From: Anthoceros angustus
Lineage: Eukaryota; Plantae; Anthocerotophyta
Length of the DNA stretch: 64,000 nt
NCBI GenBank assembly: GCA_010909165.1
Contig: MU008176.1
Coordinates: forward strand, 550,856 to 614,855
Direction of reading: 5' to 3'
Part shown: piece after piece, positions 26,429-37,982 of the stretch
Layout: every line of letters begins with the position of its first letter
How positions within the stretch are numbered: the stretch's first letter is position 1
Position numbers and translations under genes: made by a program
The notes under the pieces: model-generated
The model's input: only the letters and a program-made list of their open reading frames with translations
Databases searched by the model: none
Told to the model about the DNA's origin: nothing

Positions 26429-26933
26429 ATGGATAAAGCGTTCAAAGTAATGGGTGAGGAAGAGTGCAACATTTGCCTTGTGACGTTAAGAGACCATGAG
26501 GTAGATGTTTTTGAACTGACTATATGTAAGCATATATACTTTTCACAAAGTGTGTTTACTTGAATAGGGTAAACACGCCACAACGTGCCTCCTTTGTCGG
26601 GAACCTTTGGATGTTGAAGTGCTCCCAGGTATTTTAAGGGAGGCCGTGCTATGCAAAATGAGTGGAGGGAACCCCGCTTTGACCCATCAACATATGTGTC
26701 CGCTTCTCCATCGTAAAGAAACGAATCAAATAGAGCCATACTTAAAGAGCCCGCGTGCAGGCCAACCTGTGCCTTGGCTCACTTGGGTTCGTGTTTATAG
26801 TGTTTCGTGTTTCCAGTTTCCAGTTTTAGGAGGCGATGGGCATGCTAAGAAATATGACTCTACACCACCTTGTCATATGAAAATCAATATCACCTTGTTA
26901 GACTTGTTCACATCTGCTACTGAGCTTGCCTGA
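26429..26933 (+). pseudogene. RING-H2 (E3 ligase-like) zinc-finger pseudogene, missed by the ORF track
   Basis: CNICLVTLRDHEVDVFELTICKHIY[+1 frameshift in T-run ~26540]FHKVCLLE*GKHATTCLLCR. TAG at 26565-26567 sits at the conserved Trp. Confidence 0.7.
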
Positions 26934-27185
26934 CTAATGGACATTTTGTTGGTTTCTAGCTAAGACGCAGGAGTCGGAAAAGGAGAACTCATAATCTCAA
27001 TCCAAGAGTGAATACCAAATTGTCTTTGCTTTATGCTTTTATACCTATCAATATGTGAGCCTACATATTATATAGTTCAACTTTGCACCACCTTGTCATC
27101 ACAATATGAGAAATGGCAGCCGCATGGCTGCAACAAAGTGAACCCACAATAAATCAAGTGGAAACAAGAATACTAACATACTTCA

Positions 27186-27416
27186 GGCTAATGGCAGACG
27201 GGAGCACTTGCAAATGGTGGCTAATGGCAGATGGGAGTACTTGCAAATGGTGGCTAATGGCAGACAGGAGCACTTGCAAATGGTGGCTAATGGCAGATGG
27301 GAGTACTTGCAAATGGTGGCTAATGGCAGACAGGAGCACTTGCAAATGGTGGCTAATGGCAGATGGGAGCACTTGCAAATGGTGGCTAATGGCAGACGAG
27401 AGCATTTGCAAATGGT
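27186..27416. repeat. 33-bp minisatellite, 7 exact-length copies
   Basis: GGCTAATGGCAGA[C/T][G/A]GGAG[C/T]ACTTGCAAATGGT x7; variants alternate, giving a 66-bp higher-order unit. Confidence 0.95.
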
Positions 27417-29020
27417 GTTCCGTAAACACTAGTGACCAAATGAGCCAAAATGGAAAGATACATAGTTAGATAGTTAGGTAAAGGAGAATTACGAAGATTT
27501 CTTGTACATGCTTTTTTCTTGTTGTGAGGTTTTTAATAAATGATACAAAATTGGAATATAAGGTTAAGTTATCTAAGGTCAAGTTATTAAAAGTTAGTTA
27601 AGACTTTGATCTGTCACACCGAACAAGGTATACCGGTTTCATGCCTACGAGACCATCTTTCAGTTTACTTCAATGCAGGATAACCATATATTGCAAAGCA
27701 CACGAAACGTGAACACCCCCATTTTCCCTTACTTATTATCTCCTACATGTACCTTGGAAGGATTAACGATTGTTGTTTTCCTAAGTGTTGGGATGGATGA
27801 ATCCATGTATCATATAACATCTTAGAGAAAAGGGTGTCTAAGGTCATAGTAAGAAGAAGAGCAAGTAAGGCCCATGCCTAAAGTCGCTAAAGAAGGGCCT
27901 ACATACGGCCGGGTTATGGAGAATGCATCACCATCTTTGGACGGTTGCAGTCCTTAGATTGCCAGTATCTTAGTAACTTACTGGGTATGTACGTAGACCA
28001 AAAACGAAAAAAAGCAATCCATGAAGAAGAAACATACAAGGTGCTTGCGGGGCATGGAGTGTGCCCTTTTGCCTTTGCTTGTGCCTTTTGCCTGTCCGTG
28101 TTTTTTCGCTTTTTGCCTTTGCCCATGGCCTTCACACGCTCCAAAACATTGCATAATGCATACGTGTGAAAGTACGTGGGGTGCGGCCCCAACAACCCAA
28201 CCAAGAAACATTCTTGGCTCATGACCGAGTCGGGATGCATGGAAATGCCGTAAGCAATACAAAGCAAAGGGCTGGGCGCTGGCAGTGACAGGGCCCCACT
28301 CAACCTACAGTCCGCATGTGATGATGATGGGCTGTGCCGATCACGTGGGCCCGCGCAAAAGAAATGATTCGGGGCCTCGGCGCCCGGCCCCGCACTCCCT
28401 CAATCTTCAAAAATACAGTTCCGCTCCTTTGTACATACACGAGCGTAGCCTCGTAGGTGTACCCGCTAGATTTTCACCATCTCCGGGGTACACCCTTTCT
28501 GGCACCTAGTAGGTCAATCCGCCCGTCCTGGGCCAGGAGGCCACATGGTAAAGCACGTACCCACCCACTCCTCGCTCCACCCCGTTTCACACGAACCCAG
28601 ATACGGGCTTGTAATAATCGCGCCATGTGCCGACATTGAACCGTAGGGGTGCGGCCGTAGTCCCCCGCCCAGAGCGCGAGGACACAGTCGAGCTGGTAAT
28701 CACTTGCGTCTGACAACATGGCCCTGCAGGTCTCCCTGGTTCGAATCCGGAGTCCCACTCTCCCTGGCCGCCGTACTCGCAAATACTGGATTTCCCTCTC
28801 CAGATAAGGGAGGCCAACTAAACCCCGTCCTGCCCTGTCGGCCGCCGCGCACCCGCCGCGTGGAGCCTGTCGGGAGGGAAATTCCAGAGTCGCCAGACTA
28901 ACGTGCGTCCTGTCAGGGGGAGCTCGGCCTCTGCTACAAGCAACGCCATGCCACGCTCCGGTCTCCTCTTGCTCCGCTTCTACCCTTCGCAGGCGGCAGG
29001 GAGGAGCCGGGAGGGACACA

Positions 29021-32000
29021 ATGCCGGAAGTGAGTGGTAGCCTCCTCCTGGTCCCGGGAATGGGGCGGTCGGGACACCATGCCGGGAGCAGCACTCCCTG
29101 CCGGGGCACAATGCCTGGAGCAAGCAGCCTCCTGGGTCTCCCGGGAATGAGGCGGTCGGGGCACTATGTCGGGGGAAGCAGTGCGCTGGGACTGGGACTG
29201 GGAGTGGCGGTGCTGGTCCTGGCGCTGGGAGTGTGCCGGGGGGACGACGCGGCGGTGCTGCTGGAGCTCAAGGCCGGGCTGCAGGATCCCACTGGCGCGC
29301 TGGGATCGTGGGTGGCGGGCACCGCGGTGTGCGAGTGGGCGGGAGTCGGGTGCGGGACCGCGGGGGAGGTGACGGAGCTTCGGCTGCCGGGGAAGAATCT
29401 GAGCGGGGAGCTCCCGGGTGCGGTGGGAGGGCTGGCGGGGCTGGAGGTGCTGGACTTGGGATTGAATCAGCTGCAGGGAGTACTCCCCGCAGAGGTGGCT
29501 AATCTCGGGGCGCTGACGGTGCTCAACGTGACATTCAACAATTTCTCGGGGGTGTTCTCGGCTCGGCGGGGTGGGGCTGGTGGCCATCGACGCCACAGCA
29601 ATTCCTTCACGGGGCCGCTGCCGGGGACCTCCCGGGCTGCCGGTGCTGGAGACGCTGCATCTCGGGGAGCTACTTGAGGGAGCATTCCCGCCAGCTACGG
29701 CGGCTTCGCCAGCCTCCGGTTCCTGCATCTGGCGGGGAACTCTCTGGAAGGGGAGCTGCCGCGGGAGCTGGGGAATTTGTCGACGCTGGAGCATCTGGAG
29801 ATCGGGTACAACGGGCTTTCGGGGGCCATCCCGGCGGAGCTCGGGAGGCTGTCGCGCCTGGCGTACCTGGACCTGAGTTACGCGGGCTTGACGGGGCCGC
29901 TGCCGCGGGAGATGGGGAATCTGAGTAGCCTGGGCTCGCTCTTCCTTGAGCAGAATTCGCTGAACGGGAGCCTGCCGGAGGAGATCGGGATGCTGGCGCG
30001 GCTGCAGTCGCTGGACCTGTCGCAGAACCATCTGTCGGGGCCGCTGCCGGACTCGATGGGGGGCTTGCGGGAGCTCACATACCTGAACCTGCTGATGAAC
30101 AACGTGAGCGGGAGCTTCCCGGGCTGGATTGCGCAGCTCCCGCAGCTGGTGACGGTGTATCTCTGGGGAAACCATCTGACCGGGAGCTTGCCGGCGGAGT
30201 GGGGGACTAACGCCGCGCTGCAGCGGCTGGACTTGTCGCAGAACCAGCTGAGCGGGCCCATTCCCCCGGACCTGTGTCACGGGGGCGCATTGCAGGCCGT
30301 CCTGCTCTTCGACAACCAGCTCAACGGGAGCATCCCGGGGAGCCTGGCGAGCTGCGTCTCCCTGCAGCGTGTGCGCCTTCAACGCAACATGCTGAGCGGG
30401 GAGATCCCAGCGGGGCTGGGGTTGCTCCCGAGCCTCCGCTGGCTGGAGCTGGCCAACAACTCCCTCACCGGGACAGTCCCCCCGGATCTGCTGCAGGCCA
30501 GCACGGGGAATATGAGCTTCATCGATCTAAGCACCAACATGCTGAGCGGGACTCTCCCGGTGGGAGACCCCTGGACCGCCTGCCAGACGCTGCAGGAGCT
30601 GCACATGGCGCAGAATTCGCTCACCGGGAGCATCCCCGCCCTCATCTCCGCCTGCCCCCTTCTCACCAGCCTGGACTTCTCCCAGAACAACTTCTCCGGG
30701 AGCATCCCTGGGGAGCTGGGCCTGTGCCAGCGCCTGGTGTCGCTTAACCTAAGCAAGAACCTGCTGAGCGGGGAGATCCCGGACTCGCTGGCGGACCTCC
30801 CGCAGCTGGCCATCCTGGACGTGTCCAACAACCAGCTCACCGGCAGAATCCCGCCCTCGCTCGGTTCTGCCACCAGCCTGGACTCCATCAACGTCTCCTA
30901 CAACCAGCTCACGGGCCCGCTGCCTACCGTCGGCATCTTTCCCTACCTCAACATCTCCTACTACATTGGGAACCCGGGCCTGTGCGGGAACAACCTCACC
31001 AACAAATGCGGACCATCAGAATCACCCGGGCCTTCGTCCCCGCAGCCCGGCGAGCAGCGGTACTCGGCGACATCGTCAATCTCCCGGCAGACGAGACGCA
31101 AAGTGGTGGCCGTGGTGGCGGCCATCTTCGGGGCCACGGGACTCATCTTGCTCGCTTCTCTGGCCTGCTACGTGCGGCACCAGGGGGACTGGCCGTGGTG
31201 CGTCAGCCTGGGCTTCTCCCGGCCTGACTTCGACCACCTCAACTCCGAGGCCTGGCCATGGAAGCTCACGGCTTTCCAGAAGGTAGGCTTCGCGGCAGCC
31301 GACGTGGTGGAGTGCGTGAAGGAAGCGAACGAGATCGGGCAGGGCGGGGCGGGCACCGTGTACAAGGGGGAAATGGAGAGCGGGGAGGTGGTGGCCGTGA
31401 AGAAGCTGCGGGGGAGCCGGAAGAGTCTTTCTCCGCTTGAAGATCACGGCTTCTCGGCGGAGGTGCAGCTGCTGGGGAACATTCGGCACCGGAACGTGGT
31501 CCGCCTCCTGGCTTACTGCTCCAACAACGACACCGAGCTGCTGGTGTACGATTACATGCCCAACGGGAGCCTTGGGGAGGCGCTGCACGGCAAGGGCAGG
31601 GCCACCAACGTGCTGGCGGACTGGGTGACGCGGTACAAGATCGCGGTAGGCGTGGCGCAGGGACTCTGCTACCTCCACCACAACTGCAGTCGCAGGATCG
31701 TGCACCGTGACGTCAAGTCCAACAATATCCTGCTCGACTCCGACATGGAGGCGTGCGTCGCGGATTTCGGGGTGGCTAAGCTCTTCGCCCCCGGGGACAA
31801 GAAGGAGACCATGTCAGCCATCGCCGGCTCTTATGGGTACATCGCTCCAGGTACGTATGCGAATGCATGCATGCTTCTGAATGCAGTTTTCGTTTCATGA
31901 CAAACATGGACTGGGTTTGATGGAATGGATGCTGCAGAGTATGCGTACACCATGAAGGTGGACGAGAAGACGGACATCTACAGCTTCGGGGTGGTGTTGC

Positions 32001-32311
32001 TGGAGCTGCTGACGGGGAGGAGGCCCGCGGAGCCGGAGTTCGGAGGGAACCTGGATATCGTGGAGTGGGTGGGGTGCAGGCTGCAGAAGCAAGGGTGGGT
32101 GACGGAGGTGCTGGATGCTAACCTGGGCGCGGCTTGTAGCTCGGTGCAGGAGGAGATGCTCCTAGTACTAAGGATTGCGCTGCGCTGCACATCGCGCTAC
32201 CCGGAGGACCGACCGTCCATGCGGGACGTGGTCACCATGTTGGCAGAGGCGGAGCCCCGGCGGAAGGGATCCTTCAAGAACCCGCTCTGGTCTGCGTCCA
32301 ATCGCCTCTAG
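29021..32311 (+). CDS. TDR: LRR receptor-like kinase subfamily XI, TDR/PXY-like
   Basis: Exon 1 29021-31850, GT-AG intron 31851-31937 inside GYIAP-E, exon 2 31938-32311. Signal peptide, ~20 LRRs, TM segment, kinase motifs ([11 protein letters not shown]). The reconstructed LHLGGSYFEGSIP...HLAGN...EIGYN is TDR-like rather than CLV1/BAM-like (GYYN). Several 1-2 nt deletions at ~29555-29680. Symbol is by similarity only. Confidence 0.85.
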
Positions 32312-32559
32312 CCACTCCACTCATGCCCGCCCAACAATTTTTGACACATTGCGGATGCGTTTGGTAGGAACGTGGGAAGTAGTTATAGCCAACCTACGAT
32401 AGCAACAGTGCCCTCCACGGCATAGGCATAGACTTAGTAGTGTACATTCCACACCTTCCTCTCTTCACGGCTAATAGGCTCGACAAGCGGCTCAGAAAAA
32501 TGTCGGCTGGCTGCTCAGTAATTCAGCTCTCTAAGCAGGAAATGCGATCCGGGCCTTGT

Positions 32560-34752
32560 TCAAGCGGTCCTGTTAACAAGCTTGTACAAGTCTCCTCTCC
32601 TCTGATGTTCCAAAGGCATATTGCTTCTGCAGTCAACCAACAGACAGGAAGGTGAGGTGAGTACACATGCCACAAACCGGACACTTCCAGCGAGGCTGAG
32701 GATGCATTCAACTTACCGCCTGTCTTCAATGACCGAATAGTCAAGGTCTGCAATCACAGTTGTCTCGCTGTGTTCTGTGGTTGCAATCACCTCCCCAAAC
32801 TGAACATGCCAGTAAAGTCATTCAGCACCACACGGACCCGGTCAAGTAACTGCCAGAGATAAGACGAACAAGAGCAGTGTGGCTACTCACTGGGCCCACA
32901 ACTGTAGAATGACCCCAAGCATGATAGCTTGCGTTTGTATCTCGAGCTGGTGAGCAAGTTATCACATACAACTGCAAATAGCAGAGGATCAACCCATGAG
33001 GAATGCTCCAGCAACTCGACCCATGCAACAACTGTAAACGGCTGTTTTAGACACCGTAATCGCCCTCACCTGATTGTCTACAGCTCTGAATCCGATAATG
33101 AAAAGTTGAGCGAAGGCCAAGATACCAAAATCAGCACAAGGCAATCAAAGAACGTTGCAAAAAGCAGAACTCAAGTGGTCAGCTGTGAAAGACATATTAC
33201 CTTGCCCTCGATAAAAGTTCCCAGTGAAGTGGGCCAGTAGTCATATTAAAAGCTCCGGGGTAACAGATAACATGCACTCCTGCACATCATTAGCTGAAGT
33301 TAAAGGGCAAAATCTTGGAGAACCTGCCCATGTGCCTGACCATCCAATGTACCATCCCTTACCTTTGGCAGCATACAGCATAGCAAGCTCTGGGAATCGG
33401 ATGTCATAGCAGATGCCCACTCCAATACGACCTACATCTGCACAGCCAATTGCAGCAGTAAGGTAGAGTGATTCGTCCAAGTGTCATAAACTTGCATCCA
33501 GTGGCCACTGCACAATCAAGGTTGGCACCAGTGTCAACGACAGTCAAACTATTCCCTGGAGTCAAGGTCTCAGACTCCTTGAAGGTTATCTTCCCAGGGA
33601 TGTCAATATCAAACAGATGCACCTGTCAAAACACAATCAACACACGCAAAATCAATGCTGCTGCTGCTTCGGTAATTTGCGTGCTCGTGCAGGGAAGCAT
33701 ATTCATGCTACATACTTCACCTTTCGGTGTTTAGCCTTGAGCTCCCCATTCTTGTCGTAGATCAAGCAGGTATTGTAGAGCTTGTCACCAACTCGCTCAG
33801 GTATGGATCCACCAACTATTGTAACCCCCTTCTCACGGGCCACAGCAGAAAGCATTGAAGAAGATGGAGAATCGCCATTGATCTCTTCTGCATAGACTGG
33901 GAAGCTAGCATTCGAGTAAGGACAGTTCCACATCTCCTGGGTATCCAACACAGAGATGAGCATATTTCCTACGCTACAGAGGAAAAACTCAGTAGAAACG
34001 ACACAAATTGCATGCCGATGTAAGACGTGATTACATCAAGCAGCTCAGAATACTCACAGGCAAAACAACGAGCTGAGCCCCTTCATCCGCAGCTTTTTCA
34101 ATCACAGCCCTAGCATGCTCTATGTTTGCATTCTTGTCGTTGGACACTGCGAGCTGGCATAGAGCCACCCTAACCTGCAAGGCGTTTGCAGCAGAAACCT
34201 TCAGGAAACATGCCCACATTTCACTGGATAAAGGGACCCCAGAAGACAGTATCTTAGCTTCTAAATGTTAACCTTCTTCCCACTCGGAGCGGGGCCAAGA
34301 GACTGTGTTGGGGGCTCCCGAGCTGCGGAAGCATCCAACCCTGACTCGCCTCCCATGCCTCGCACTGCAATCCTTCTAACCGTATTGCAGGCCAAGTACT
34401 CGGGAATACTGGAGGACGGTCTGCGTGATCCCGGAAACGAACAGACTCGTGTTGCCTTAATTTCACGCGGCAGCCGTCTCTCCGGAGCAGATGGTGCGGC
34501 AAAGGAGGAACGATAGCACCACGATGACCGCACGCTTGCCGGTGCTGTGAACGATCTCATACGAGGCCACCGTAGCCGCTGGAATGATTTAACCAGCTCA
34601 GAATCTGCCTGGACAGCACCTCCCCGACCGACAGCCCCTTTGATGGGCAAAGAGACCGCGCGAACTACGTGAGCCGAGCTGGCCTGAGCGACAAGCATGT
34701 CCTCTGCTGACGTCCAGCACGATAGGGCAACCGCAGAATATCGGTCACGCAA
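32560..34752 (-). CDS. NLP3: Omega-amidase / nitrilase-like protein (NIT2/NLP3 family), possible plastid transit peptide
   Basis: Exons: start uncertain (at or below 34752) to 34273; 34174-34058; 33936-33721; 33622-33529; 33437-33363; 33279-33201; 33085-33070; 32971-32891; 32799-32717; 32626-32560. All introns GT-AG and in phase. Catalytic motifs LPEMWN, HRKVHLFD and GICYDIRF. Confidence 0.92.
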
Positions 34753-35866
34753 GCGCTGCCGATCACGACTGCCTGGTGCACTTACTGCAAGCTCGATTTC
34801 AGGATGTTAAGCCATGTCGAAGACAGGCCCGGTCACAAGGTAGGCGTGTATTCTGCTCCCTCCAAATCCTAACGAGCAAGGGCCAGCCATGAAAGGCCAG
34901 TATACTTCGTTACCCTACAGCCCCTGTCCATCGAGGCTCAAGCTTGAAAGAGGAATTCGGATCTTCGAAGGCCGTCACAGGCATGTTTCCACCACAAAGG
35001 CATGGATCTGTTACCGAACATTGGATGCTGCAAGCGCAGTTCTTTTCCTAGCCATCAGAACCAGCAATGAAGACGAACTTCAACGAGACAACAACACGCC
35101 TTTTGGAAGAACTTTATTTTGAAACAATCCATTGAAATGGAATACAACTCGGCAACTCTACACACAAAAACGAGCAACCGCAAGGTGAGCTCTCAACAAT
35201 CAGAACCTCTAGCACTCGACAGCAGCCCTAGCCAATGATCTTGTTCGCCTCCTACAATCTCCCACCCGGAGACGAGGCGCTCTGCAAACCCTTGCCACTT
35301 CCTCATGCGAAGTCGCAACAGACTGAGACGTGGCACAGGCCCAGACGTCCGTACCCGCCTCGCCTCCGTATCACTCAAGGGCACGGTGTGCCATACAGAG
35401 CAAACAGATCGCGCACGCACAGAAAGAGAAATTGGCGACAACAAGCTCCAGATGTAGCCGCGAGCAACGGAAGGGGCTCCGAGGCCAATTACTCATGAGG
35501 AGCTGCAGAGCTCACATGAGTCACTGGCCAAGGAGACTCTTCCCGCGACCATTGCCTTCCCGACGGACCGACCGCTTCCGGCATCAAAGGACTGAGCCTA
35601 CCCTCCCGCCAAACACCGGGTGAGCACGCAGCACAGAAGCCAGAAGAAAGCAGACGACTCGGAGAGGGAACAAGGACCACTTCCTCATCCAAAACTCTAA
35701 AGCTGGGACCGGACAATTCGTCTCTTCGTGCCAGCCCCAGATATGAGCCACACTACATACCCGTGACCCAACGGAGTCACGGACCCGACGCTGAGAGTTG
35801 GCGTTCACCATAGATACAGACATGTACTCATAAAGTTTGATGGGCCTCTCCTAGTTAGTGTGTCCT

Positions 35867-36329
35867 CTACGGAATACCGTTCTCGTCACCGACACCAGGA
35901 GGAAACTTGTGTAACTTGTGTTTAATCCTTTGTGCGGAGCTGGCGCGCCACCTGGCTCGGAGACCAAGACCGCTCAGAGAGAGCCAAGACTGGACTCCAG
36001 AGGACAGAGGTCCGGGTGTGGCCAACGGCCACGGCTGAAACCTCAGCAGTCGTCAAACACTTGCTGTTCTGGACGGGACACATCCGTCGACTTGTTGCTG
36101 TTTCCGTGCGTCGGGTGTTCGTTGCCCAGGCAATCGCTTAAGGCGAAACCTTAGTGAGTGGCTTAGCCACGACGGCCTCATCGACCGATCGGCCTAGTTA
36201 GAGCTCGTTCCAAGCTCCGCGTACGAAGCTAGGGCGAAGTTAGATCTCCACTTGGGTGCCCCGAGCCAGGTAGCGCGCCAGCTCCGAACAAAACACAAAA
36301 AAAGTGGGACGGAGAACGGTATTCCATAG
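35867..36329. mobile_element. 463-bp MITE with imperfect ~100-bp TIRs and 4-bp TSD (TCCT)
   Basis: CTACGGAATACCGTTCTC...GAGAACGGTATTCCATAG; inner GGAGCTGGCGCGC.ACCTGGCTCGG is mirrored at ~36261-36287; TCCT on both flanks. Confidence 0.8.
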
Positions 36330-37294
36330 TCCTCCTAGGTAGTTATTTTTTATATTATGAATATTACCACAGTCATAATATAAATTTAAACCTCTCCAAA
36401 CAAAGATATTTAAATTAAATAATTCATAATGATTAATATTACCTATATAATCATCAAAGGAAAAGGGATCTTCATATACCTAGCAGAAAAATATCGGTGA
36501 TTCCATCTACACCATAAGGTGGAGAACTATGTCTTTAAAATATTCGACCCAAAATCTTCACCTTCTCCTAAAATATCAAAATAACGTATGTGGAGAAGCC
36601 TACCTATCTCCTAAAATATAAAAACAAGGTATGTGGAAAAGCCTACATGTCTCGGAGTTGTTGAAGAAGCTGAAAAAACCTAATGACATATTTGATTATT
36701 GTCAATTCATGGTCTTGCTTCCATCCACCACTTTAAAGGGCATATTGGTAGCTAAAAATTTCTCTGAAAACATTAGCCCTAAACCTGACATCATTTTCCT
36801 TCAGAATCTCAACATATCCCCGAGTGGGAAGGGCAGCAGCAAGCAAGTAGAATGCGCTGCGGGAGGAGCAGAGGCATACCTTTCGCTGACATACCTTTCG
36901 CTCAGGCGCCCAATTTTTAGTCTCTCTCTCCAGGATTCATGGGTACATTAACCCCTAAACGACACAACGACTCAATTTTCAATGTATGAAACGACTTATT
37001 GGCAAGCATTTCGATCACCGAAGATTTTTTAGCTATTATTAGAATCATGCATAACATAGTTGTTGGATAGAGACTCGCTTGGTCATAATTTTAAAAAACT
37101 AATAAAATAATAAAATATTATTCCATATTATTAGTATGAAATATAGCCCATAATGGCCTTCATTCTGGGTTAATTTCTAAATCATGTTCCAACTCCAAGG
37201 TGAGTAGAGTCGGTTCTTACATTATAGTGAAGATATTACAATTGGAAAAGTAAATGGGGGCATGGCACTTCTATCAAGTTGCCCAATGTTAAGG

Positions 37295-37596
37295 GATTGT
37301 CATGGTGTGTGACACTAATTTCAGTGCTTGGGTTTAGTATTTAATTAGTTTTAATTAATATAATTACTTATATAAATATATAATTAATATTAATTAATCT
37401 AAAGTGCTTATCTTAATTAAGCTTTGATTCGTGTTAAATAAACATGGTTAGCAATAGCTAAGTGGATAAGCACGAGTAATATGCTTTAGGATGTTCCTTA
37501 CATATTATAGTGTATTCTTAGGATATTTTTGCCATATGCTGATGGCAATAGAATATCTTAGGAATATGCCGATGTTGAGGGCTAGTATATATAGAC
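37295..37596 (+). repeat. AT-rich repeat family copy A (continues at 42253-42370 after the Sola-like insertion)
   Basis: Matches ~44720-45170, e.g. CATGGTTAGCAATAGCTAAGTGGATAAGCACGAGTAATATGCTTTAGGAT. Confidence 0.85.
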
Positions 37597-37982
37597 AACA
37601 CCATAATGTTCTTTCCGTCGAAATAATGAATGCCGGTTCCGGAAACATTGCCGCCGGTTCTTCTTTCTTATCCCCTTACCAATTCGACTCTTAAGTAAGA
37701 CAACGCAAACGACTGGACCGCACTATGCATGCAAGACTCAATAAAGCCTAGTTTACAGGATACGGCTATTTCATTTAATGGACCGATAGAATATACTTTA
37801 CTTGTTTTTGGCCCACACAATCGGTATATTCGTAAGAGAAAACATAAACATTTATTGAAAACGTTCCGGGCACCGTTCAAGTCATTACCCTAAACCCATA
37901 GTAGGATGCCGGCATACCGGTGGCCTTGCACATAAAAACACATAGTCAAACCGTTGATAGCCAATGCTAGGTTTCTAGGGCA

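Noticed and set aside
27186-27416. CRISPR-like array
   Set aside because: Contiguous 33-bp units with no unique spacers, no cas genes, eukaryotic context.
28021-28224. SWIM zinc-finger / MULE fragment
   Set aside because: Cys/His spacing is not convincing and no other MULE motifs are nearby.
28934-31705. Long minus-strand ORFs (482, 170, 209 aa)
   Set aside because: Antisense shadows of the GC-rich LRR-RLK coding sequence.
37575-37590. Helitron 3' end (CTAG|T), also at ~45011
   Set aside because: No clear hairpin, and homology between the copies continues beyond CTAG.
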